A DNA stretch of 64,000 nt from Mobula hypostoma (taxonomy: Eukaryota), in contig NC_086109.1 in NCBI RefSeq assembly GCF_963921235.1, positions 27,158,001-27,222,000 of the forward strand. Reading direction: 5' to 3'. Of this stretch, positions 1 through 11,100 are shown one piece after another. Positions within the stretch are counted from its first letter, which is position 1. Each line of letters opens with the position of its first letter. The position numbers were made by a program, and so were the translations under genes. The notes below the pieces were generated by a model, which was not told the origin of the DNA, made no database searches, and saw only the letters and a list, made by a program, of their open reading frames with translations.

Positions 1-2750
1 GCCTTCCAATATTTGAAAAGTTTCAATTAGATCTCCTCTCATCCTTCTAAATTCCTGTGAGTACAGATCCAGAACTATCAAACATTCCTCTTATGATAAT
101 CTTTTCATTCACAGAATCCTCTGAACCCTCTCCAATGCCAGCGCATCTCTTCTTTGATAAGGAGCCCAAAACTGTTCACAGTACTCAGTGGGAGGCCTCA
201 CCAGTGCCTTATAAAGCCTCAGCATCACATCTCTGCTCTTGTATTCTAGACCTCTTGAAATGAGTGCTAACATTGTATTTGCATTCCTTACCACTGACTC
301 TACCTGCAAGTTAACCTTTAGGTTGTTCTGCACAAGGACTCCCAAGTCCCTTTGCAACTCAGATTTTTGGATTTTCTCCTCATTTAGAAAATAGTCTGTA
401 CATTATTTCTACTACCAAAGTGCATGACCATGCATTTTCCAACATTGTATTTCATTTGCCACTCTCTTGCCCATTCTCCCTTCTGCAATCTACCTGTTTC
501 CTCAATGCTACCTGCCTCCACCAATCTTCATACCATCTGCAAACATGGCAATAAAGCCATCTATTCCATCATCTAAATCATTGATATACAGCATAAAATA
601 GTGGTCCCAACACTGACCCTGTGGGAACACCACTATTCACTGGCAACCAACCAGAAAAGAATCCTTTTATTCACACTTGCTGCCTCCTATTAATCAGCCA
701 CTGCTCTAACCATGCCAGTAACTTTCCTGTAATACCATGGGCTCTTAACTTGGTAATCAGCTTGTCAAAGGCATTCTGAAAGTCCAAATATACAACATCC
801 ACTGCATCCCCTTTATCTATCCTTCACAAAAGCTCCTCAAAGAATTCCAACAGGTTCGTCAGGCAAGATTTTACCTTAAAGAAACCATGCTGACTTTGTC
901 CTATCTTGTTCTGTGTTTTCAAGTACTCCATAACCTCATCCTTGACTCCAATGTCTTCCCAACTACTGAGGTCAGGCTAACTGATCTCCTGCTGCCTTCC
1001 TTCTTTCTTAAAGAGTGAAGTGACATTTGCAATTTTCCGGTCCTCTGGTACCATGTCAGAGTCCAATAATTTTTGAAAGGTCATTACCAATGCCTTCAGA
1101 ATCACTACCGCTACCTCTTTCAGAAGCCTATGGTGTAGTTTATCTCGTCCAGGTGACTTATGTACCCTTAGGTCTTTCAGCTCTTTGAGCACCTTCCCTG
1201 TTGTAATAGTAACGGCACTCACTTCTCTTCCCTCGTACCCTTCAACATCTGACACACTGCTAGTGTCTTCCGCAGTGCAGACTGATGCAAAGTACTCATT
1301 TAGTTCACCTGCCAACTCTTTGCCCCCCTTTATTATTTCTCCAGCCTCAATTTCAAGTGGTCTTATATCCACTCTCATCTCTCTTTTATGTTTAGCATAC
1401 TTGAAAATACTTTTACCATCTACTTTGGTATTGTTTGCTAGTTTGCTTTCATATTTCATCTTTTCCCTCCTGATGATTCCTTTAGTTGCTCTTTGTAGGG
1501 TTTTAAAAGCTTCCCAATCCTCTATCTTCCCATTAATTTTTGCTTTGTTGTATGCCCTCTCTTTTGCTTTTACATTAGCTTTGACTTAACTTGTCAACCA
1601 GATTTGTACTATTTTGCCATTTGAGTATTTCTTTCTTTTACAAATATGTTTATCCTGCACCTTCCTCATTTTCCGCACAATCTCATGCCATGCTGCTCTG
1701 CTGCCATCCCTACCAGCATCTTCTTCCAATTTACTTCGGCCACTCCTCTCTCATACCACTGTAATTTCCTTTACTCCACTGAAGTACTGCTACATCAGAC
1801 TTTAATTTCTCCCTACCAAATTTCAAGTTGAACTGAATCATATTGTGATCACTGTCCCTTAAGGTTCTTTTACTTTAAGCTCCCTGATCACCTCCGGTTC
1901 ATTACAGAACATCCGATCCAGTATAGCTGATCCCTTAGTAGGCTCAATGACAAACTGCTCTAAAAAGACATCTTGTAGACATTCAACAAACTCAACAAAT
2001 CCATTTCAAACCTGATTTTCCCAATCAGCTTGCATGTTGAAATCTCCCATGACTATCACAACATTGCCTATTTGTCAAACCTTTTCTATTTCCTGTTGTA
2101 ATCTGTGGTCCATATCCCAACGACTGTTGGGAAACCTGTATATAACTGTGATTAGGGTCCTTTTACCCTTGCAGTTTCTTAATTCAATCCACAAGGATTC
2201 AAGGATCCTATGTCACATCTTTTTACTGATTTGATGCCAATCTTTACCAGCAGAGCCACACCACTACCTCTGTCTACCTTCCTATCCCTTCGATGCAATG
2301 TGTAACCTTGAACATTCAGTTCCTTACTACAACCATCCTTCAACCACAATGCAGTGACGACCACAACATCATACCTTGCAATCTGTAATAGTGCAACAAG
2401 ATCATCCACCTTATTTCTTATACTCCAAGCTTTGAGATATAACACTTTGAGTTCTGTATTTGCTACCCTTTTTGATTCTGCATCCATAATGCACTGATAC
2501 TCATCCTGCTGGCTTAATTTATGTCCTATCATCTGCCTGCCCTTCCTGTCTGTCTGACTGCATGCCATCTTTGCTTTTTTTTAACCATACATCCTATCCT
2601 GAGTGCCTTCACTCCAGATCCCACCCCCTGCCAAATTAGTTTGAACCCTCTCCATCAACTTGAACAAAACTACCCATGAGAATATTGGTTCCACTCAGGT
2701 TCAGGTGCAATCTGTCACTTTCGAACCGGTCATACCTCCCCCAGAAGAGA
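1..2750 (-). mobile_element. Degenerate CR1-clade LINE (APE endonuclease and RT fragments); runs off the window start
   Basis: Minus-strand ORF pieces: LKVLYLKAWSIRNKVDDL (APE N-terminus, 2179-2568), LNEYFASV...KSPGRD...ANVTSLFKK (977-1459), QRDLGVLV...RLYKALVRP (109-357). Many stops and frameshifts; boundaries approximate. Confidence 0.9.
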
Positions 2751-3097
2751 TTAATTTACAGCCACAAGTCTCTCCTGTCAAGCAGAGTGACTTCCCTTGT
2801 TAGGAAAGACACTATTGTACAAGAATAAGAAATCCTTCACAGTGATTAAATCTTTAAGGCTGAATAGGACAATTTAAAATTTACTATCCTATGGATAGCT
2901 TTATGGTAGTTGTATTATACAATATACTGTGTATTTAAGATGACTAGAAAGCAATATGTTACATTGTTGAGTTGTGATGCATTCTACATTGATTTGGAGT
3001 ATATAGAGCAGGGAGGACTGTAGCATATTTAATATTTCAGTAATATAGGAATACTATTGTAAGTATATTATTTGATTAAGCATTTTTGTTTGTTTAC

Positions 3098-3955
3098 TGT
3101 TAAGAGAATACACATAAAATTAAGATGTTTGCTGGCCTGGGCTAGCATCAGTGGCATCAGCAGTTGGTCTGCCACCTGCCCTCAGGGGAAGGAGAGATAA
3201 GGAACAATGGAGCAGCGTCTGGAGATGTGTAATGAAGGGATGTGGGAGGAAGAGCTGTCTGGAGCGGCTCCCCCCTTTGAACCCTGAACTGTTTGAAGTG
3301 ATGGACAGGCGATACCCCAGCAGGGGGATAAAAAGGGACAGGTTCGCTAAGACAGACACACACGCCACCCGAGGTAACGAGACCCTGGAAGCGGTACGCT
3401 TCTCACGAGTGGGTGAGAAGTGCCAGACAACGACCAGGGTGGAAAGGTACGATCAGCGGGAACCCGGTGTGTGTCCGCCCGTGCCTGGGTGCCGGGTTCA
3501 CTGCAGAGGATCGACCGCATCTGGAGGAGGGGTCACAGTCGGTGACCTCAGGTGACATCACCAAGGACCCGCCCAAATGCTGTTTGTGAGCCATCTCGCT
3601 GGTCTGTGAGTGAAGCTGTGCTGAATGATGAGTTGTTCCTATTCTATGTCTCTCTTCCCCACCTTGTCCATCGCCATGACAACGATTACTGCGAACTGAA
3701 CTACAAACTGGACTGAACTTTGAGTCATTTTGAAATTGGTCATTTACCCCTAGACAACGATAGAGCTTGATTGATGCTGTTATCTTAATTCTGTGCACAT
3801 GTGTGGTTATCATTGTTGAATTGTTGCATTTATTATCCTTTCGATTACTGTGTTGCTTGTTTCTTTAATAAAACTTTCTTAGTTCTAGTACTCCAGACTC
3901 CAACTGAGTGATCCATTTCTGCTGGTTTGGCAACCCAGTTACGGGGTACGTAACA
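3098..3955 (+). repeat. 5' LTR
   Basis: TGTTAAG...CGTAACA; direct repeat of 7075-7932; AATAAA near 3867. Confidence 0.96.
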
Positions 3956-3959
3956 TAAG

Positions 3960-3986
3960 TGGGGTTCTCGTCCGCGATTTTGAACG
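3960..3986 (+). promoter_or_regulatory. Primer-binding site, tRNA-Pro-like (degenerate)
   Basis: TGGGGTTCTCGTCCGCGATTTTGAAC, 4 nt after the LTR, resembles the tRNA-Pro 3' complement TGGGGGCTCGTCCGGGATTTGAAC. Confidence 0.7.
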
Positions 3987-4054
3987 CTAAATTTGGGACG
4001 GAGTAAATTGATTGGGTTAAAATTCCCGAAAGAAAGAAAAGACAAACAGCAGAA

Positions 4055-5479
4055 ATGGAGGTTGAGGAATTTATAAAGGCGCCGACCTTGGAGGCATTAG
4101 AGGATGCCAGGAAATCGGAATTGATAGCTGTGGCAAAACGGGTGAATCTTGCTAAGGTGAAGTCGACAATGAGGAGAGAGGAGATACACAGAGCTATTGT
4201 AGAGCACTATGTATCTAAAGGTGTGTTTCCCCAAGGTGAGCTGGGGGAGGTGTCTATTGAAAAACCTGCTGGAGACGCGGTACAGGTACAGCTTGAAAAA
4301 CTGAGACTCGAGCACGAGTTCCGGGTACGGCAGTTAGAAAGGCAGGAGAAAGAGAGAGAGTTAGAAAGGCAGGAGAAAGAGAGAGAGGTAGAAAGGCAGG
4401 AGAGGGACAGACAGTTGGAGAGAGAAGAGAGAGAGAGGGACAGACAGTTGGAGAGAGAGGAGAAACAGAGGGAAAGGGAATTTGAGCTGGAGAAGTTAAA
4501 GATAAGGGCCGAGCAGGGGCTCGTGCCGAACCAAGGTGGAGGGTTCCGGGCGACCCAGGAGGTTAGGCTGGTTCCCCCATTTGACGATACCGATGTGGAT
4601 CGGTACTTTCTCCACTTCGAAAAAGTAGCTATAAGTCAGGACTGGCCGAGGGATAAGTGGGTTGTTTTACTTCAGAGTGTACTGAAAGGGAAAGCCCAAC
4701 AAGCTTACTCCGCTTTATCCGCGGAAGATGCCCAGAAGTATGAGGTGGTGAAGGAGGCCATCCTCAGGATTTATGAGTTGGTCCCGGAGGCATACCGGCA
4801 GAGGTTCCGGAATGCGAGGAAGCGGTGGGACCGCACGTATTTGGAGTTTGCTCGCGAGATGCAAACATATTGTGAGCGTTGGTGCGCCTCGAAAGGGGTA
4901 GAGGGGGATTATGACAGACTGCTGCAGCTGATTCTGATTGAGCAGTTTAAAGGTTGTGTCCCTGAGGGTATGAGACCCTACCTCGATGAGAAAGAGGCAG
5001 CCACGTTAGCCGCAACTGCTAAGTTAGCGGATGAGTATGCGTTGACGCATAAAATGAAGGTTGCCCCGAGTAAAGGCTACCAGAAGGGTAGTCAGGACGG
5101 AGGGGAGAGTCCGCCGGAAAAGTCAGAAAGTAAGCCGGGGACTAGTGAAAAGGATAAGGTAGACCGGGAGCAGTCTGGTAGGAAGTCTCCTGGGGTCGTC
5201 TGTTATAATTGTGGGAAAGCCGGACACTTTGCGTCCAGGTGCTTTGCCCCAAGGAAGGAGACGGGGAAAGGAAAAGCGGAAATTTTGAATGGCTGTATCG
5301 AGCTGTTAAGCGAACCGCTAGGGAAGGACAGGTCTGAAAAAAGTCCAGGAAGGGCGCGAGAGGTTTATCTCGGCCGGACTGGTGTCAGTGAAAAAGAGGT
5401 TAAAACCAGTTCCAGTGCGGATCTGGAGAGACACGGGAGCGTGTCAGTCATTGATATTGAAGAGTGTATTAGAGTTTAG
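4055..5479 (+). CDS. Gag of Gmr1-like element (coiled coil, SCAN-type capsid domain, CCHC zinc knuckle)
   Basis: 474-aa ORF with PPFDDTDVDRYFLHFEKVA...WVVLLQSVLKGKAQQAY...YELVPEAYRQRFRN...LILIEQFK and CYNCGKAGHFASRC. Confidence 0.9.
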   Translation: MEVEEFIKAPTLEALEDARKSELIAVAKRVNLAKVKSTMRREEIHRAIVEHYVSKGVFPQGELGEVSIEKPAGDAVQVQLEKLRLEHEFRVRQLERQEKERELERQEKEREVERQERDRQLEREERERDRQLEREEKQREREFELEKLKIRAEQGLVPNQGGGFRATQEVRLVPPFDDTDVDRYFLHFEKVAISQDWPRDKWVVLLQSVLKGKAQQAYSALSAEDAQKYEVVKEAILRIYELVPEAYRQRFRNARKRWDRTYLEFAREMQTYCERWCASKGVEGDYDRLLQLILIEQFKGCVPEGMRPYLDEKEAATLAATAKLADEYALTHKMKVAPSKGYQKGSQDGGESPPEKSESKPGTSEKDKVDREQSGRKSPGVVCYNCGKAGHFASRCFAPRKETGKGKAEILNGCIELLSEPLGKDRSEKSPGRAREVYLGRTGVSEKEVKTSSSADLERHGSVSVIDIEECIRV

Positions 5480-6902
5480 CTCAGAGACCCAGACTGGGGA
5501 GGTAGAGGTCAAAGGTGTTGGGGAAGGGACAGAGTCAGTCCCTTTGCACCAGATACATTTACAGAGCAACCTGGTCTCTGGACTAGTCACGATCGGGGTG
5601 AGGTCCGAATTACCGATGAAAGACGTGGAAGTCTTGCTCGGTAATGACATCGCCGGAGGAATCGTGTTCCCAGTCGTGAGATTGACGGGTCAGCCTGCCA
5701 GCATGGAGGCCCCGCCCGCGATGGTGAATTTGGCTGAAACATTTCTGCCAACCTTGTATGAGACAGGGTGTAGTGAGATAAGAGGTAGTGAGGGAGCTGG
5801 GACGGACGTAGCAGTAGCCAGGAAAGAATTTGTGCAGACGCAGGAGCGAGACGAGGGGCTGATGGTTTTTGCCGAGACCGCTCTCTCTGACACAGCCTTG
5901 ACAAGCTATTGTGCGGATGAGGAAGTGCTAAGGAAGAAAGGGAAATCAAGGACAGTATCCGCAGATGAGGAGTGGGGGGTGGTGCAAAAGAGTTATGGGG
6001 ATGAGGTTTTTAACATGGCCCACGAGGTACCCCCCGGTGGACATTTTGCGGTGCTGGAGGAAACAGTTGGTGGAATCATGAAAGAGAGTTACCGGCTGCC
6101 CAGGGGGAAGAATGTTATTGATCATGACCGACGCGAACTGAGACGGTCACCGGCTTTTGATATGCTAACAAACCTAGTCGGTGTTAGCGTGGAAATCAAT
6201 GAAGCTAGGGGCCCCTTGATAAGAGAAAAAAACCATTTTGAAAAGATTAGGATGGGATCGGTCAGATGGGAGAAGGCTATTGTTTTGGCCAGGTCTACTG
6301 ATAAGGTCTCTCCCTTAATCCCCGAAGGAGTAATTAAACGACTCGCACCCATGTGTCTGATTGTCCCGAGGAAATGCAAAGAACTGGGACGTTGGGTTAT
6401 GTCTGTTACAATAGGGCAGCCAAGTAAACAACACCCATATTTTTCGAGTAATTCAGTGACTAGAGGGCTGATGAACACAGAGGTGTGTATTGGCAATTTA
6501 ACACGGCTGTCTGAAGCCAGTTTGATAGTGAACCTTGAAAAAAATGAATTCGGCCACACGAGAGTCACTTACCTGGGAATTGTGGTGACACAGGGGCAGC
6601 TGGCAGTGATGCAAGCTACAGTGCAGGCTATCGCTGACCTCCCAACCCCGACAGACAAGAGGGCCCTCGGAAGGCTCTTGGAGATGGTGGGGTACTGCAG
6701 GAAGTTTTGCAATAACTCTGCGGTCAATACCCGTCCCCCTCCTACTAAGCCCTTGCGAGAGAAAATTGAGTCGGAATGGGACGACCCTTGTTATTGTGGT
6801 CCGGGACAAAACCAAATGAGAGGTTACATTGGTCGCAATTCATCAGTGTTTTTGGCCACTATGAAGTTTGCTGAGTTGGAGCCTGGTCTAAGGGATTATT
6901 AA
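5382..6902 (+). CDS. Truncated pol: aspartic protease, integrase Zn-finger remnant, RT thumb remnant
   Basis: WRDTGACQS (protease DTG), VLLGNDIAGG, MAHEVPPGGHF (integrase HH), LSEASLIVNLEK...VTYLG...LEMVGYCRKFC (RT C-terminal part). No YxDD or DDE core seen. An RNase H tail (VKGTENV..DCLSRC) follows out of frame at ~6905-6955. Confidence 0.8.
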   Translation: MSVKKRLKPVPVRIWRDTGACQSLILKSVLEFSSETQTGEVEVKGVGEGTESVPLHQIHLQSNLVSGLVTIGVRSELPMKDVEVLLGNDIAGGIVFPVVRLTGQPASMEAPPAMVNLAETFLPTLYETGCSEIRGSEGAGTDVAVARKEFVQTQERDEGLMVFAETALSDTALTSYCADEEVLRKKGKSRTVSADEEWGVVQKSYGDEVFNMAHEVPPGGHFAVLEETVGGIMKESYRLPRGKNVIDHDRRELRRSPAFDMLTNLVGVSVEINEARGPLIREKNHFEKIRMGSVRWEKAIVLARSTDKVSPLIPEGVIKRLAPMCLIVPRKCKELGRWVMSVTIGQPSKQHPYFSSNSVTRGLMNTEVCIGNLTRLSEASLIVNLEKNEFGHTRVTYLGIVVTQGQLAVMQATVQAIADLPTPTDKRALGRLLEMVGYCRKFCNNSAVNTRPPPTKPLREKIESEWDDPCYCGPGQNQMRGYIGRNSSVFLATMKFAELEPGLRDY

Positions 6903-7062
6903 TAACACGTGTAAAAGGAACAGAAAATGTGATGACTGTCTGTCAAGGTGTTGACAGCTTCAAATTCTCTGTATTAGCTAAATAACTGTTAAAGATGTAT
7001 ATTGTGTATGTATCAGATAATGTAGTCATGTTTGTAATTTTTACCTCCCGGTAAAAATCCTT

Positions 7063-7074
7063 AAAGGGGGGAAG
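7063..7074 (+). promoter_or_regulatory. Polypurine tract
   Basis: AAAGGGGGGAAG immediately 5' of the 3' LTR. Confidence 0.9.
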
Positions 7075-7932
7075 TGTTACGAGAATACACATAAAATTAA
7101 GATGTTTGCTGGCCTGGGCTAGCATCAGTGGCATCAGCAGTTGGTCTGCCACCTGCCCTCAGGGGAAGGAGAGATAAGGAACAATGGAGCAGCGTCTGGA
7201 GATGTGTAATGAAGGGATGTGGGAGGAAGAGCTGTCTGGAGCGGCTCCCCCCTTTGAACCCTGAACTGTTTGAAGTGATGGACAGGCGATACCCCAGCAG
7301 GGGGATAAAAAGGGACAGGTTCGCTAAGACAGACACACACGCCACCCGAGGTAACGAGACCCTGGAAGCGGTACGCTTCTCACGAGTGGGTGAGAAGTGC
7401 CAGACAACGACAAGGGTGGAAAGGTACGATCAGCGGGAACCCGGTGTGTGTCCGCCCTTGCCTGGGTGCCGGGTTCACTGCAGAGGATCGACCGCATCTG
7501 GAGGAGGGGTCACAGTCGGTGACCTCAGGTGACATCACCAAGGACCCGCCCAAATGCTGTTTGTGAGCCATCTCGCTGGTCTGTGAGTGAAGCTGTGCTG
7601 AATGATGAGTTGTTCCTATTCTATGTCTCTCTTCCCCACCTTGTCCATCGCCATGACAACGATTACTGCGAACTGAACTACAAACTGGACTGAACTTTGA
7701 GTCATTTTGAAATTGGTCATTTACCCCTAGACAACGATAGAGCTTGATTGATGCTGTTATCTTAATTCTGTGCACATGTGTGGTTATCATTGTTGAATTG
7801 TTGCATTTATTATCCTTTCGATTACTGTGTTGCTTGTTTCTTTAATAAAACTTTCTTAGTTCTAGTACTCCAGACTCCAACTGAGTGATCCATTTCTGCT
7901 GGTTTGGCAACCCAGTTACGGGGTACGTAACA
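7075..7932 (+). repeat. 3' LTR
   Basis: TGTTACG...CGTAACA (7-bp terminal inverted repeat); 3 substitutions seen relative to the 5' LTR. Confidence 0.96.
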
Positions 7933-8564
7933 TTACATAATTCATTACAGAGTATATGTAAAAGTATGTGAATGGCATCAGTCATTATGCCACCACGTCA
8001 TATGTGAATGCCTCACAAAACTAAAATGTAGACATTTTTATCCTCAGCTCCCTGTTTTTCTTTTGATTAGTTATTAGAGTTAAAAAACAGTAATAGTTGC
8101 TTTAAAATGGCTGCTAAAGACAAATTAAATTAAGCAAATTGAAACAGAAAGATACATCTGAGATAGAGAAAGAAAAACCAAGGACTGTAGCTGAAATTGC
8201 TAAATTTAACATTAAATCCTGATGGCTGTGACATATCAAGATGAAAGATGAGATATGGTTCTTTGAGCTTATGTTGAACATAAATTTATTAATATATGAG
8301 ATGGAAGATGGAGTGAGAGTAGGATGAAAGATGTAAAGAAAATTAAAATGGAAACTCAGGACTATTTGGCTCCCTGACTGTTGAATGGGAAAAGGTAAAA
8401 GGGCAGGTATTGTGTCTCCCACAGTTGGATTGTAAAGTGGTTGTTAAGTGACTATCATCCAGTTGCACTTACATCCACAGTGATATTAGGGAGAGTGCAC
8501 ATGACTTTGTGTGGGGGTGGTTATATCACGTGGGATCTGTGGAGGGGTGGTACATTGGATTTGA

Positions 8565-9706
8565 ATTTAGTTTGGCCATAAAAGACAGAGGCTGGTGAAG
8601 GGGTGTTATTCTGATTGGAGATCAGTGACCAGTGCTGTTCTGGAAGGATCTGGACTGGCACCTCTTTTGTTTATGATATGTATAATTTGGATGAAAATGT
8701 GGGTCAGCTGATTAGTAACTGCAGAACAACAGTGCAGGTAGTGAAGAACTTTGCAAAAGACCCTAAGACTATAAGACCTAACAGCAGAATTTAGCCATTC
8801 AGCACAACAGGTCCTCTGCCATTTCATTATGGCTGATTTATTATGCCCCTCAACCTCATTCTCTTGCCTTTTCCTCATAACTTTTGACTCCCTGATTAAT
8901 CAAGAACCTATCAACCTCCATCTTAAACATTTCCAACAAGATATAGACCATTGATAATGTGGGTAGAGAAACAGCAAGTTGTGTTTCAGCTAGAGGTGTC
9001 ACATATTGGTAAATGAAATGCAAAAAGGAAAGTATGTACCATATAGGATCATAGGATACAAGACTACAGTCTCTGAAAGTGGCAATACAGTGACAGTGTA
9101 GTTAAGAAGGTGTGTGACATGCTTGCCTTCATCAGCAGGGTGATGAAGCTGCAGATGTGTAAAATTTTAGTTAGGTTGCACTTGGAGAATAGTGATCAGT
9201 TCTGGTCACCACGTTACAGTAAGGCCTTGGAAAGGGCATGGGTCCACCAGGATGTTGCCTGGATTACAGAGCATTATCTAGAAGAAGAGGTCGTACAAAC
9301 TTAGAATGTTTGCTTTGGAGTGTCAGAAGCTGAAGGAGAGTCCTGATAGCAGTATATAAAATGATCAGAGGTGTGGACAGGGTACAGTAGATAGTCAGAA
9401 TCTTTTTCCCAGAGTGGAAATGTGAAATGCTAGAAAGCATATCTTTAAAGTGGGAAGGGAAAAGCTTAATGGAGATGTTCAGGGCTACTTTCATTTTACA
9501 CAATGAGTGGTAAGCACCTGGAACATACTGCGAGAGGAAGTAGAAGAAGCAAATTCAATAGCAACCTTGAAGGGGCATTCAGAAAGGCTCATGAACAGGA
9601 GGTAATGTAGGGATATAGACCACGTACAGGCAGATGGGATTAGTTTGGGTTGGTATCAAGCACTGTGGGCTAAAGGTACTATTCCTGTGCTGTACTTTCT
9701 GTGTTC
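8565..9706 (+). mobile_element. Highly degenerate CR1 3' fragment, with a short antisense CR1 tail inside (~8770-8935)
   Basis: Remnants such as MLAFISR..KILVRLHLE..QFWSP and a CR1 3' UTR ending gtgctgtactttctgtgttc. Confidence 0.7.
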
Positions 9707-10334
9707 CATATTTTAATTGGAAGTGGTAGGGGAAGCAAATGATAAATTCAAGAGGCTTGTTGTTGAGCAGAAACACTGAACCTAAAATATTGGTCCTAAT
9801 TTAGTGCTAAAAAGAGTCATTCTTTAAACATCTCTTGTATCTTCTGTCATGGATGGGAATAACTCTGAAATGCTTTATTTGCCTTCATTGGCAATACTGA
9901 TTCACCATGAGGGATGCAGCACTTTAACTCCAGAGCTCCGATAATCACGCGAATCAGGGTACTGAACAAGATCAAAGACAATACCTTCAAGGCAATTATT
10001 TATAGATTCCATTTCAAACAGCAGGTTTTGTTTTCATTAATTTTTTCAGTTCTATAAAGAAATCTTGCTTGGTGAACTTCATTGAACTGTAATTGGTAAG
10101 TAACTCTTTGCTCTGATTATCATTTTCTATTCTGATACTTTCCTCACCAGGTGAATCTGGAAATGGGCAAGTTTTACTTGAACTTTTTGGGTTCCATTAT
10201 TTTCACGCATTTTACAGCAGGCAAGTAATAGCCCCCAAAATGGACAGAAATTCAGTTATGTCTAATTGCCTTCTTTGGTCTTACGTGTGGGAAGTTCACT
10301 GTGCTATATGACTTTCCTCATTGAAATCTCTCAC

Positions 10335-11100
10335 TTTGGAAATCCAGAGCAGGACACACAAACTGCTGGAAGAAATCAGCAGGTTAGGCAGCATCTATGG
10401 AAAGGAACAAACTGTCAACGTTTTGGGCCAAGATTCTTCCTCAGGGCTGGAAAAGAAGGAAGGCAGATGCCAGAACAAGAAGGTGAAGGGGAGGGGAAGG
10501 AGGAGAATCTAAAAGGTGATAGGTGAAGCCAGGTGGGTGGGGGAGGGGGAGGGGGATGAAACAAGAAGCTGGGAGGTGATAAGTGGAAAAGGCAAAGGAC
10601 TGAAGAAGAAGGAATCTGATAGGAAAGGAAAGTAGATTATGGGAGAAAGGGAAGGAAGAAAGGCACCGGGAGAGGTGATAGGCTGGCGAGGAGAAGAAGT
10701 GAAAGACCAGAGTGAGGAAATGAAGAAAAGGGATGGAGGAGGGGAAAAATTACTGGAAGTTGGAGAAATCAGTGTTTCTGTCATCATGTTGGAGCTACTT
10801 AGATGGAATATGAGGTGTTGTTCCTCCAACCTGAGAGTGGCCTTAGCGTGATAGAAGAGGAGGCCATGTACCGACATGTCAGAATGGGAATGGGGATAAG
10901 AATTGAAATGGTTGGCCACCTTGAAATTGTGCCTCTTGCAAATGGAGCTGAGGTTCTTGACAAAGCAGTCCCCCAATCTATGTAGGGCCTCACTGATATA
11001 CAGGAGGCCAGACCAGACCAGGGGCTTCAGATATAGTGGATGACCACAACAGACTTGCAGGTGAAGTATTGCCTCAAAGGACTAATTGGAGTCATGAATG
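10335..11100 (-). mobile_element. Penelope-like element 3' fragment (GIY-YIG endonuclease C-terminus plus pLTR)
   Basis: ORF 10509-10976: GDCFVKNLSSI...VANHFNSYPHSHSDMSVHGLL...LRLEEQHLIFHL, typical of the PLE endonuclease end, followed by the gatgctgcc/ctgctga pLTR motif. Confidence 0.85.

Larger units (their letters stand above)
3098..7932 (+). mobile_element. Gmr1-like Gypsy LTR retrotransposon, internally deleted (non-autonomous), recent insertion
   Basis: Two 858-bp TG...CA LTRs; 4-bp TSD TTAC (3094-3097 and 7933-7936); PBS at 3960; PPT 7063-7074. Domain order Gag(SCAN, CCHC)-protease-integrase remnant-RT remnant-RNase H tail, with integrase before RT as in Gmr1. Confidence 0.93.
3019..8094 (+). 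mobile_element. Old Gypsy-type LTR remnant (3019-3097 plus 7937-~8094) split by the younger LTR element
   Basis: A purine tract (agagcagggaggac) is followed by TG at 3019. The AT-rich sequence reads continuously across the TTAC TSD and ends near 8094. Confidence 0.45.

Noticed and set aside
3151..3813. 134-aa and 136-aa ORFs duplicated at 7128-7790
   Set aside because: They lie within the LTRs, are duplicated only because the LTR is, and have no recognisable domain.
4330..4480. Tandem purine-rich repeats (RQEKERELE units)
   Set aside because: Ordinary low-complexity coiled-coil expansion in Gag; not spacer-separated, not CRISPR-like.
4055..5479. SCAN + zinc-finger ORF as a host ZSCAN or domesticated gene
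   Set aside because: It is enclosed by near-identical LTRs with PBS, PPT and TSD, so it is the element's Gag.
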